IMG/VR virus record: IMGVR_UViG_3300006204_000001
DNA: 64,000 nt
Direction: 5' to 3' (one strand)
Origin: a virus
Taxonomy: Duplodnaviria; Heunggongvirae; Uroviricota; Caudoviricetes
The translations under genes were made by a program, and so were the position numbers. Of this stretch, positions 28,960-38,424 are shown piece by piece (within the stretch, counting starts at the first letter, position 1; each line of letters starts with the position of its first letter). The notes below the pieces were generated by a model, which ran no database searches, was not told the DNA's origin, and saw nothing but the letters and a program-made list of their open reading frames with translations.

Positions 28960-29475
28960 TTATTTAAATATTAAATCTCTTTTACTTTTTGGAATACATC
29001 TAATATCAATATCATCTAAATGGATTTGCCATTTATTTATTTTTTGAATATATGATATTGATAACATTGTAAACAACATATGATCATTAGATTCATATGA
29101 TTTTATATAGAATAATGGATTTAATTTAGTATGTGGGATAATTTTCACATTATATTGTCTACTTAAAAGATTTTTTATCCATTCATATAAAGGTTTATCT
29201 AAATATTTTGGGATATGAATTATAATTCTTTTTATATAAGATAAACTTTCTATAATATCTGAAAATCTACTTAATTCCTCTACGGTTATTTTAGTATCAG
29301 ACATAAATATATGAACCTTATAATCATCTAAATAATCTTTATATAATAAATGTCTGCTTAATACTTCTGGATTTACATTTACAGCTATTATATTTTTCTT
29401 TATCTGTCTAATAGTATTTTCTTCTAATGCAATTTGCATTCCATTACTAAATAATTCGTTAAGCTTTCTACTCAT
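28960..29475 (-). CDS. Hypothetical protein, paralog array member (start moved to the RBS-supported ATG)
   Basis: KVHIFM...RIIIHIPK; RBS AAGGAG before MSRKLN. Confidence 0.7.
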   Translation of the reverse strand: MSRKLNELFSNGMQIALEENTIRQIKKNIIAVNVNPEVLSRHLLYKDYLDDYKVHIFMSDTKITVEELSRFSDIIESLSYIKRIIIHIPKYLDKPLYEWIKNLLSRQYNVKIIPHTKLNPLFYIKSYESNDHMLFTMLSISYIQKINKWQIHLDDIDIRCIPKSKRDLIFK

Positions 29476-29570
29476 GTTTTTAATCTCCTTTTTAAAATTA
29501 AATATAATTAATATGTATCTCATTATAATAATATATTATTGAAAAGATTATATAGAAAGGAATAATATAC

Positions 29571-29726
29571 ATGATAGAAAATAATAACAAATTATCTGAT
29601 GATGAATTATGGAAAAAATGTCAACAGGATGAAAATATTTCTGTTATAATAACTTCAGAAGATTTAGGATTAATTAATTTAAATAATGAGCCAATATATT
29701 ATACAGAAGGGATTAAAATATTATGA
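29571..29726 (+). CDS. Small protein (51 aa), not in ORF track
   Basis: RBS AAAGGA, ATGA overlap with the nuclease gene. Confidence 0.55.
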   Translation: MIENNNKLSDDELWKKCQQDENISVIITSEDLGLINLNNEPIYYTEGIKIL

Positions 29727-30895
29727 GAATATTATTATTTGCAGATATTCATATAGGAAGTATAAAAGATACAAAATACTTTTATAAAACAATTACAGAT
29801 ATAATAGAAAAAGAAATCATATTTACCCATACAGATATGATAGTTATATTAGGAGATTATTTCGATAAGTTATTTAAAGATAATGATGAATATACATCAT
29901 TAGCGATAAATATAATGTCATTTTTAATACGAGCGTGTATACGAGAAGATACAAAGATAAGAATTATATATGGTACAGAATCACACGAAATGAATCAGTA
30001 TCAATTATTCAATTACCATGTAACATCAAATGATATTGATTTCAAAATATTTGATACTGTAACAGAAGAAAATATCAATGGAGTAAATATTTTGTATGTT
30101 CCGGAAGAGTATATTGATGCAAAAGAAAAGCATTATAAAGAATATTTATATTCTGATAAAAAATATAATTTTATATTTGGACATGGAATAATAATAGAAG
30201 GTATGCCAAAAGCATCTGAAAATAATATGGATCCTAATAATAAAGAGAAACAAGTTCCTAGGTTTAAAACAGGCGAATTATCAAATGCAAGTGATATATG
30301 TGTATTTGGTCATTATCACACATTTACAGATTTAGGAAATAATGTATATTATTTAGGATCATTATTTAGAGATTCATTTGGTGAAGAAGATCCAAAAGGA
30401 TATGGTATAATAGATAATAAAAACGGTGAATATAAATTCACATTTATAGAAAATACTGAAGCTATTATTTATAAAACATATTCATATGAAATTAATAATT
30501 CTATATATACAGATCCAAATAGTATTATAAAAGAAATTAATAAGATAAAAGAAGATAATAAAGAATTATTTTCTGGAGATAAGAAAGGTAAAATAAAAAT
30601 TAAAATGAATTTACCTGAAAATATATCTCCGGCATTTAGAGAAAATCTTAAAAATGTATTATACAATGAAAAGAATATAACATGTATAATTACTGAAAAT
30701 ACTTCTATTATTAATATAGATGAAGATAATCCGGAAGAAGATGATTTTATATTAGATAATAAAATAGATTTGGTAGATAAAATCTATAAATATATCACAG
30801 TAACATTTACAGATCCTATGACATTAGAAGAATTAAATAATTATTTAGAACCTAGTATGAATATCATACGACATAAAAATGAAATAGAAGAATAG
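29723..30895 (+). CDS. SbcD/Mre11-like DNA repair/recombination nuclease
   Basis: Metallophosphoesterase motifs ADIHIG, LGDYFD, GTESHE, FGHG, FGHYH, YLGS. Confidence 0.88.
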   Translation: MRILLFADIHIGSIKDTKYFYKTITDIIEKEIIFTHTDMIVILGDYFDKLFKDNDEYTSLAINIMSFLIRACIREDTKIRIIYGTESHEMNQYQLFNYHVTSNDIDFKIFDTVTEENINGVNILYVPEEYIDAKEKHYKEYLYSDKKYNFIFGHGIIIEGMPKASENNMDPNNKEKQVPRFKTGELSNASDICVFGHYHTFTDLGNNVYYLGSLFRDSFGEEDPKGYGIIDNKNGEYKFTFIENTEAIIYKTYSYEINNSIYTDPNSIIKEINKIKEDNKELFSGDKKGKIKIKMNLPENISPAFRENLKNVLYNEKNITCIITENTSIINIDEDNPEEDDFILDNKIDLVDKIYKYITVTFTDPMTLEELNNYLEPSMNIIRHKNEIEE

Positions 30896-30924
30896 AGGGT
30901 ATCAATCCCTCTATTCTTTTTTGT

Positions 30925-31590
30925 TTAAAATGGATCAAGTGTAGGTAATTCCACATTTACATTTTCATCAAAAATTTGATTAACATTACCTATTCCTATA
31001 GGATTGTTTTTATCTACTCTTGCAGTTGTTACAGTAGAAGTTTTATTATTAAAATTATAATCATATCCTCTTTGTATATAGTCATGATATGATAAGAATG
31101 AAGTTTTAGCATCTACTGCAAGAGCTACACCTGTACTAAGTAAATTTAATAATGCTACTTTATCACCTAGATATTCTAAATTAGGATGAGATTTAGCAAA
31201 TGAAATAATAACTTCTATAATGGAAGTTAATTTTTGTATTTCCGTCCATGGACTACCATATGAATTATTCCAATCAGCTGTTTCAGCAAATAAATTATGC
31301 TCTAATTTATCTATGTTATTTAAATCAGTAGTATATCTTATCTTTATATCATTTAATGCCGTTACTATACCTGATACTGAAATATTTTTCTTTTTTTCAT
31401 AATATTCACCATGTGATCCATTTCTAACATATCCATATGAATCAGTACTATGAACATAATCTGTTTGTTGGTACATTTGGTATGAAGTAGAATTTGATAA
31501 TTCTATAAGTTTATTAGTTAATGTATCTTTGAAATCACATATTCCCTTAAGTATTCTTTCACAATCATTACCCATCATAATTAAAATCAC
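30925..31590 (-). CDS. Hypothetical protein
   Basis: ORF with RBS AAGGAGGTG; true start probably the ATG near 31578. Confidence 0.7.
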   Translation of the reverse strand: MILIMMGNDCERILKGICDFKDTLTNKLIELSNSTSYQMYQQTDYVHSTDSYGYVRNGSHGEYYEKKKNISVSGIVTALNDIKIRYTTDLNNIDKLEHNLFAETADWNNSYGSPWTEIQKLTSIIEVIISFAKSHPNLEYLGDKVALLNLLSTGVALAVDAKTSFLSYHDYIQRGYDYNFNNKTSTVTTARVDKNNPIGIGNVNQIFDENVNVELPTLDPF

Positions 31591-31595
31591 CTCCT

Positions 31596-32180
31596 TTAGT
31601 ATTTAGGAAATTCATTCATATATATTATTTCTATATCTGCATGTGGCTTTATACTATAAAAAAGTTCCTGACGAGACGAAATTACTAAGCAATCATCATC
31701 TAACATACCATGTTGTATGCAATCTGCTATTCCTTTAGCATAATTATCAAAATCACCAGTTCTTTTCCATGGTCTAATAATTCCTAACTCAGCTAATACT
31801 TTATTTTTTATACTAAATGAAGAAGGTGTCTTTTCATATATAGTCATATTTAATGTACAAGGGGTTTCTATAAATGGTAAATCATTTTCTTGACAAAATT
31901 GTTGAAACCAATCGCCTGCTTCTTTTGCTCCAGGTACATACATTCTAACAAACCCTGATGTAGTGTTAGCTCTAGGTCTTCTAGATGGTTTAACTACTTT
32001 CCACATAGTAAATGTAATTTTAGTAGTTTTTATTCTTTTTATTTTTCTAGCTTCTCTAGCTATAAGTTTATTAAACGATTCATTATTAGCTTTTTTACCT
32101 AATATATATGCAATACGTTCTAATTGAGTATTAGGTATATCACCATATTCTTTCTGATATAATAAATCTTCTTTATTCAT
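31596..32180 (-). CDS. RusA-like Holliday junction resolvase
   Basis: PSRRPR and GDFDNYAKGIADCIQHGMLDDDCLV (D.DN..K...D.....DD). Confidence 0.85.
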   Translation of the reverse strand: MNKEDLLYQKEYGDIPNTQLERIAYILGKKANNESFNKLIAREARKIKRIKTTKITFTMWKVVKPSRRPRANTTSGFVRMYVPGAKEAGDWFQQFCQENDLPFIETPCTLNMTIYEKTPSSFSIKNKVLAELGIIRPWKRTGDFDNYAKGIADCIQHGMLDDDCLVISSRQELFYSIKPHADIEIIYMNEFPKY

Positions 32181-32274
32181 TATTTACCCTCCATAATCAA
32201 TATTAAACTAAATGTATTTTTACTAATATTATTAATGGTATAAATAACCAAATATTAGAAAGGATGTTTTAGAA

Positions 32275-34179
32275 ATGAGTTTTTTAGAGTATTCAAACAA
32301 GACACAAAGTAATATTATTCCTAAAGATGAATTCATGGAATTAGTACATGAAGTATTTAATGTAATTGCAACAAATGTTTGTAAATCATTAGGACCTTTA
32401 GGATCATCAGCTATCATTCTTGAAGGAGGCCTTACTGAAGCTACAAAGGATGGTTATGAAATTTTCAGTAATTATCGTTTCAGAAATAAGTATAAAAGAA
32501 TGATATATAATTTAATGAAAGCACCTTGTACAAGAATGAATAACACTGTAGGTGACGGCACAACTACTGTTATCGCATTGGCAGATGCATTATATGATTC
32601 TTATGAGATGTATCGTAATGAGATCGAAGTATTATATAGATTACCAAGAGAATTTAATAGTGCTTTAGATAATATTATTCATAAGATTTGTGATGGTATC
32701 AAAGAATTAGCAACTCCAATAGATCCAAAAGATTTTGATACTATTTATAACATTGCATATGTTACAAGTAATGGTAGCGACGAAATCAGTAAGAATATAG
32801 CTGAAACATATCAGAATGTTGAGACACCGTCTATAAAACTTAAAGATTCACCTACAAACAAAAGTTATATTAGTCCTATTAATGGATTTGAATTTCCTGC
32901 TAATCTTATTAGTGAAGCATATGTTCGTAATCAAGATGGTTCTACAGAAGAAAAAAATGTGTATGTAATGGTATTTGATCATAAGATTGAATCTGATTTC
33001 TTCCAATCAGTATTAGTACCCATTAATCAAGTTATGAGAGCTATGAAGAAAAAAATTATTATATTAGCACCATTCTATGATGAATTAATGACTCAAACTG
33101 TATTAGATCAATATATCAATATTGAGTATCGTACATATTCATCATTAAATATGATTATGGCTAAATATGATCTTAATAAGATTGAACCACAACAGATGAC
33201 AGATCTTGCTGTAATATTAAAAGCTAAACCTATTACACAAGATACAGCTAATTTATTAAAAAATGAAATTGCAGAAAATGTAGATAAGGCTATTGATAAT
33301 ATTTTATCTAATGATCAATCATCTATATGGAGAACTATAGGTATGGCAGATTCGGTTCTTCTTACATGTGGTAAAGGATCAATATTCCAGGTTAATGAAG
33401 ATATTAATAATGATAGATATTATCAGGAATTATTACAGAAAGTAGAACGTGAACTTGAAGATATTAAATCTATAACAGAAAAAGATATGCAATCTTATTC
33501 TCATAAGATTTATGAAAAAAAAGCACGTATTATGAGATTAAAGATGCAAAACTTTATCTATTATATTGGTGCTGACAGTGCATTACAGAAAAAGATTCTA
33601 TGGGATTCTATAGATGATGTTGTAAAATGCACTCGAAGCGCAATTAGATATGGAATTGTTCCTGGATGTCAATTATCTATTGTAAAAATGTGCAATAAAT
33701 TATTAGCTGAATATATTCCTACTGATCTTGATGAAAGTGAAGAGAGTGTAAAAATCTTTGAAGATACAATGAAAAATCTTTCTAATACTGAAAAACTTGA
33801 AGTAAGAATTATTATGATTATTATGTCAGCTATAGGAACTGTATATGGAAGAATTCTTCACGGACCTGATGGGATGGGTATGGTTAAACTTATTGATGGA
33901 TGGGAATACACAAAATCAGAAGAAGAACTTAATGAATTACATAAGAATGCTGAAAACAAAGCAAATGATATTATTGCTGATTCTGTAAATGAATATAAAG
34001 CATATGATATTTCTAAACTTGAATTGAGTGATGATATTATTACATCAGCAGAAACCGATATTATGGCTCTTACGGCAGCATCAGAATTGTTGAAAATTCT
34101 TATTTCAGGTAATCAATGTATTGTACTTGATCCTGAAACAGATGCTGCAGAAGATAGAGAAATGGAAGTATATGTATAA
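32275..34179 (+). CDS. Phage GroEL-like chaperonin
   Basis: SLGPLG, TKDGY, VGDGTTT, GIVPG. Confidence 0.9.
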   Translation: MSFLEYSNKTQSNIIPKDEFMELVHEVFNVIATNVCKSLGPLGSSAIILEGGLTEATKDGYEIFSNYRFRNKYKRMIYNLMKAPCTRMNNTVGDGTTTVIALADALYDSYEMYRNEIEVLYRLPREFNSALDNIIHKICDGIKELATPIDPKDFDTIYNIAYVTSNGSDEISKNIAETYQNVETPSIKLKDSPTNKSYISPINGFEFPANLISEAYVRNQDGSTEEKNVYVMVFDHKIESDFFQSVLVPINQVMRAMKKKIIILAPFYDELMTQTVLDQYINIEYRTYSSLNMIMAKYDLNKIEPQQMTDLAVILKAKPITQDTANLLKNEIAENVDKAIDNILSNDQSSIWRTIGMADSVLLTCGKGSIFQVNEDINNDRYYQELLQKVERELEDIKSITEKDMQSYSHKIYEKKARIMRLKMQNFIYYIGADSALQKKILWDSIDDVVKCTRSAIRYGIVPGCQLSIVKMCNKLLAEYIPTDLDESEESVKIFEDTMKNLSNTEKLEVRIIMIIMSAIGTVYGRILHGPDGMGMVKLIDGWEYTKSEEELNELHKNAENKANDIIADSVNEYKAYDISKLELSDDIITSAETDIMALTAASELLKILISGNQCIVLDPETDAAEDREMEVYV

Positions 34180-34188
34180 AGTATAATA

Positions 34189-34217
34189 AAAGAAGAGGGA
34201 TTAAATCCCTCTTCTTT
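34189..34217. terminator. Bidirectional terminator (GAGGGAT/ATCCCTC family)
   Basis: AAAGAAGAGGGAT-TAA-ATCCCTCTTCTTT between convergent genes. Confidence 0.75.
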
Positions 34218-34232
34218 ATCTTTGTATTCATA

Positions 34233-34862
34233 CTATGTTGTAGCTGCTAACTCTGCTTTGATCTCATTGAACATAGTTGTTACTTCATCTTCTGTAATAG
34301 TAACAATATCTTCAATTCTTACATAATCAGCAAGTTTAGTTGTAAGATCAGCAATGGTTTCATAAAGTGAAGGATCAAACTCATCTTTAGACCAATACTC
34401 ATCCATATTAAGTCCAAGATCATCAAGATTAGTAGCTCCTAACTTAATAAATCCAGTTTCACCTTCCTTAGTATTATTGATCCATAACTCTCTAAGATTT
34501 GGTTTCTCAGGATCATTCTTGAATACAAATAAACAATGATCTGTAATTTCATCAAGGCTGAGATTATTTTCATATAATGTAAGAAAATCATCTTTAGTAT
34601 CATTTGTATCCAAGAACATAATTCTTTTTCCAACAATATCAAGAATTCTTTCATTTACAGCCTTTAATGTTGTTACCTTAGTTTCATTTGTAGCAACATC
34701 TTCTGGCCACTCACTTGTAGTCTCAAGAGTTACTGCTTTAACTTCAGTAAGCAATAACCTTAACATTGCCTCCAATGTAGTTTTATCTACAAGATTTAAT
34801 GTAGGTGGTGTTACTATGGTTGTATCACCTGATGGTACACTACTTGTTGTAATATCACTCAT
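34233..34862 (-). CDS. Putative virion/fibre-associated protein
   Basis: C-terminal ITEDEV..MF motif shared with the upstream gene. Confidence 0.55.
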   Translation of the reverse strand: MSDITTSSVPSGDTTIVTPPTLNLVDKTTLEAMLRLLLTEVKAVTLETTSEWPEDVATNETKVTTLKAVNERILDIVGKRIMFLDTNDTKDDFLTLYENNLSLDEITDHCLFVFKNDPEKPNLRELWINNTKEGETGFIKLGATNLDDLGLNMDEYWSKDEFDPSLYETIADLTTKLADYVRIEDIVTITEDEVTTMFNEIKAELAATT

Positions 34863-34884
34863 TTTATTTATCCTCCTTTTTCTT

Positions 34885-36396
34885 TTATAAATTATTTTTA
34901 ATATTTTGAATCATTTGTTCAATATCATCTTCAGTTATTGGTTCAATCTTTATAGGATTACAGTTTTCATCTCCACATCCACAGTTGATTATTACATCAC
35001 CTGTATCAATATTCTTGATGTCATCTCTAATTTTATCTATTTCAGATTCAATTCCAGTAATCTTAGAATCAATTTCACTATGATCACAATCTGGATTTCT
35101 ATCTTCAAGTTCATCTAACTTAGCCTGTAAATCAGTTATTTGTTGTTTAATTGCTTCTGTATCACAATTACAATTATGATTTGGAATAGCTGGTATTAAA
35201 GGTATAGATGGTATTGAAGTATTATCATCTTTATCAGGATTCTTATCTTCTAATTGCTTCTTAAGATCTTTGATAACACCAGTAAGTTCATAAACAAAAC
35301 CAGTTAATTTATCAACCATCTTTCTTAATCTGATAATCTCCATGTCTTTATCTTCATTTGGATGATGATTACATCCATGATGATTATGGAAACAATCATG
35401 ATTAAATACTTGAGCATTAAGAGCTTGAGCTATACTTTGTGTATTATGAACTACAGTGATATCATTTTTCCATACAGAGAATTTGAAAATAATTCTATGA
35501 CCAGGATTAATAACAAAACTACGATTCACATTGATTGTACCACAAGGAATAAGTATAGACTTAGTATTTGGATTAAAGATTTCTTGATTATGTAAAATAA
35601 AATCTTTTCCATCATGATCTACATGGTAAAATCTATTAAAGTTTTTCCATGAAGGTGGTATAATACATCTGTCAGAATTATCACATCCAAAACTATGTTG
35701 ACTTTGTAATTGTTCATGAAATTGATAATATGATGATCCTGATCCAGGAATACCTTCAGGTTGATAATCAAGATAGTTTAATGTAGGTTTAGTATAAGTA
35801 ATATTACTATCAGGACCTGATTTCAAGCAATCATATAACATCTGAATAGATGTAACTCTAAGAACCATCTTACGATTACCACTAGTAAATTCACTCATAG
35901 TACTTACCAATGTATCATTATAATGAGCAATAATGGCATTATCATTAATATCTCTTGGATTAACATCTAAATAGAATGTTTTTGAATTCAATCTAAGATC
36001 TTCTGACGTTGTACGTATTACTTGTCCATTACTTTGATCTTCAACCTGATAATTTACCCTCATAATAATACCAGGACGAATAACACTGAGTTGATGATTA
36101 AATTGTTCAGCTATATTAGAAATCATTCCAATAAGACGTTTCAATTTAGATTTATTACCCACAATAGCAGGTAATCCATCACTACCTCTCTTTCCAATGT
36201 CATCAATACTAATGTCAATAATAGCTCTCATTGACTCACTCTGATCAATAAATATCCCACTCTTTATAAATGTTCTATCAACTGGTTGTAAATTTCTATT
36301 GTCAAAATATTCAGCATATAAATATGGAATACCATTTAGATCCAAAAATGTATTTGTATGTAAATCCAAATTACATTCATGCTTCTGATTAGACAT
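34885..36396 (-). CDS. Putative virion protein with His/Cys-rich linkers and coiled coils
   Basis: 503 aa; AACA-N6-TA upstream (36439-36450). Confidence 0.6.
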   Translation of the reverse strand: MSNQKHECNLDLHTNTFLDLNGIPYLYAEYFDNRNLQPVDRTFIKSGIFIDQSESMRAIIDISIDDIGKRGSDGLPAIVGNKSKLKRLIGMISNIAEQFNHQLSVIRPGIIMRVNYQVEDQSNGQVIRTTSEDLRLNSKTFYLDVNPRDINDNAIIAHYNDTLVSTMSEFTSGNRKMVLRVTSIQMLYDCLKSGPDSNITYTKPTLNYLDYQPEGIPGSGSSYYQFHEQLQSQHSFGCDNSDRCIIPPSWKNFNRFYHVDHDGKDFILHNQEIFNPNTKSILIPCGTINVNRSFVINPGHRIIFKFSVWKNDITVVHNTQSIAQALNAQVFNHDCFHNHHGCNHHPNEDKDMEIIRLRKMVDKLTGFVYELTGVIKDLKKQLEDKNPDKDDNTSIPSIPLIPAIPNHNCNCDTEAIKQQITDLQAKLDELEDRNPDCDHSEIDSKITGIESEIDKIRDDIKNIDTGDVIINCGCGDENCNPIKIEPITEDDIEQMIQNIKNNL

Positions 36397-36451
36397 TTTA
36401 TATTCTCCTTTCTATTAATATTGATCTTTTTAAGATCTTACAAATTTGTTT

Positions 36452-37666
36452 CTACTTCATTTTGAGTATTTTCCGTATAATATAAATAATTATTGGAGTA
36501 AATAAATATATCTCTTTATTATCCATAGAAGATATTAACATATCTCCTATATATAGTGAAATATCTTGTATCCGTATAGATGTATGTTGATGAATATATT
36601 TCCATATTAATTTATCATATTCGTATTTAGGCATTTTATCTTCTCTTAAATATGATTGAAACCTTTCATTATCAAGATAACATCTATTATCAAAAGTCTG
36701 ATTCTTCTTATTAGTAGGAAGAGGTATCATAAAATTAACAAGATCATCCCATAAATAAAAAGATGAATCTGGATAACTGTCACTACTTACTTCTGAATAA
36801 TAAAATCTTTGTAATAATCTTTTAGGAGCATCCATCTCTATCCAATTAAATATAGAATTATTATAATAATATGGTAACTGAGGATCTCGTATCTTAGATG
36901 ATATTATAATGTTTTCAAAACTATTGGGAATATTCATTATACTAAATTTAGCCATGAATTCATTTGCACATATATCGAAATAGTCTTCATTAGTTTTAGG
37001 ATCATGATATATAAAACAATTATGTCGTTCATTATAAAATAAAGATTTGTATGATCGAATCATCAATGCAACCATTTGTTCTACTTTTTCTTTATATATG
37101 TAATCATCTTTTTTAATTACAGGATTAAGATCACTACCAATACTATTTAGATCCATCACATATTCATCTACAACTAGTTTCATTAAATTATTAATTGTCT
37201 CTTGTGAAGTACTATGAAGCCTATATTCAATTTTAAAATTACCATCTATCTTCATATTGTCATATGTAACAGATTTAACTTCAAAGATAGCATTCATTTT
37301 TAAATGTTCTATTATAAAAAAATCAAATTGTTTTGGTATAATAGTACCAGGTATTATTATAGCTTCTCCTTCTACTGAAAAATCTTCTATTTCTGATTCT
37401 TCGTTATTATTAGGGGTAGTTTGACCAAATCCATTAATAGGTACATTATTAATTTTATTAAATCTTAATGGTGATCTATTACCAAATAATTCTTCTATAT
37501 CACGTGTACCACGATCCACAGTAGTGGCATCCTCTCTTTGAGAAAAATATGTTGTCAACAACATACCATTTTCTGTATATCTATTTACTTGGGATTTTAA
37601 TCTTGATTCATATTTAAATATATTTTCATCAAATAAAGTTTTCTCATCAAATATCATACCATTCAT
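36452..37666 (-). CDS. Putative virion structural (neck/head-completion-like) protein
   Basis: TYFSQ...D.G..DIEEL.G..SPLRFNKI, P...DFF segments recalled from jumbo-phage structural proteins. Confidence 0.55.
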   Translation of the reverse strand: MNGMIFDEKTLFDENIFKYESRLKSQVNRYTENGMLLTTYFSQREDATTVDRGTRDIEELFGNRSPLRFNKINNVPINGFGQTTPNNNEESEIEDFSVEGEAIIIPGTIIPKQFDFFIIEHLKMNAIFEVKSVTYDNMKIDGNFKIEYRLHSTSQETINNLMKLVVDEYVMDLNSIGSDLNPVIKKDDYIYKEKVEQMVALMIRSYKSLFYNERHNCFIYHDPKTNEDYFDICANEFMAKFSIMNIPNSFENIIISSKIRDPQLPYYYNNSIFNWIEMDAPKRLLQRFYYSEVSSDSYPDSSFYLWDDLVNFMIPLPTNKKNQTFDNRCYLDNERFQSYLREDKMPKYEYDKLIWKYIHQHTSIRIQDISLYIGDMLISSMDNKEIYLFTPIIIYIIRKILKMK

Positions 37667-37737
37667 AATATAAATCTCCTTTCTATATGTAATAATGTTA
37701 TAAAACGGTAAAAAATAAAGGGATCCATATGGATCCC

Positions 37738-38070
37738 TTACATATTAAATGTTAATCTTTTCTGATATTGATTAATCAGATAAGTACATAAATCTATAAA
37801 TGCAGAAATTTTTTCAATATATTTATCAATATCCATTAAATGAATTGATTCAATGATAAAATTGGTATAATGATTATTTTTAGATCTTATAATGTAATAT
37901 AAACAATTATGCATTTCATCCAATGCCGATTTTAATTCCTCAACGTGATACATTGACAGATTAAATTTATATGGATCAGAAGAAAACAGAACTTGCATAA
38001 ATGTTTTTAAAAAATTTCTTTCATGATCAATTGTTGCAATAGTTTTAATTAACATTTCATCTTCTGTCAT
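37738..38070 (-). CDS. Hypothetical protein
   Basis: ORF with RBS. Confidence 0.65.
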   Translation of the reverse strand: MTEDEMLIKTIATIDHERNFLKTFMQVLFSSDPYKFNLSMYHVEELKSALDEMHNCLYYIIRSKNNHYTNFIIESIHLMDIDKYIEKISAFIDLCTYLINQYQKRLTFNM

Positions 38071-38071
38071 A

Positions 38072-38383
38072 TTACTCTCCTTTAATTAAAGCTAAAATAT
38101 TATTTACATAATTATTCATATCATCATTTTCTTTTAATAATGCCACAAATAACATTTTCAATTCTGTATCACCCTGCTGAAAAACTAAATCTTTTGTATT
38201 TTCTATTATAAAATCTTTATCTTCATTTATTTTTTTAACTTTTTCCTCAACTTTATTTATAGCCAGTTTGCTTCTTGTCATTATTGCAACATATAAAAGT
38301 TTCTTAATTTCTTCAAAATCATTATATGATTCCTGTATTGTATCAATCATTTTATTTAATTCTTCATTTGTTGGTATATGCAT
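38072..38383 (-). CDS. Hypothetical protein
   Basis: RBS AGGAGGT. Confidence 0.65.
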   Translation of the reverse strand: MHIPTNEELNKMIDTIQESYNDFEEIKKLLYVAIMTRSKLAINKVEEKVKKINEDKDFIIENTKDLVFQQGDTELKMLFVALLKENDDMNNYVNNILALIKGE

Positions 38384-38424
38384 AATATTTACCTCCTATA
38401 AATTGAAACTTATGAAGAGAGAAT

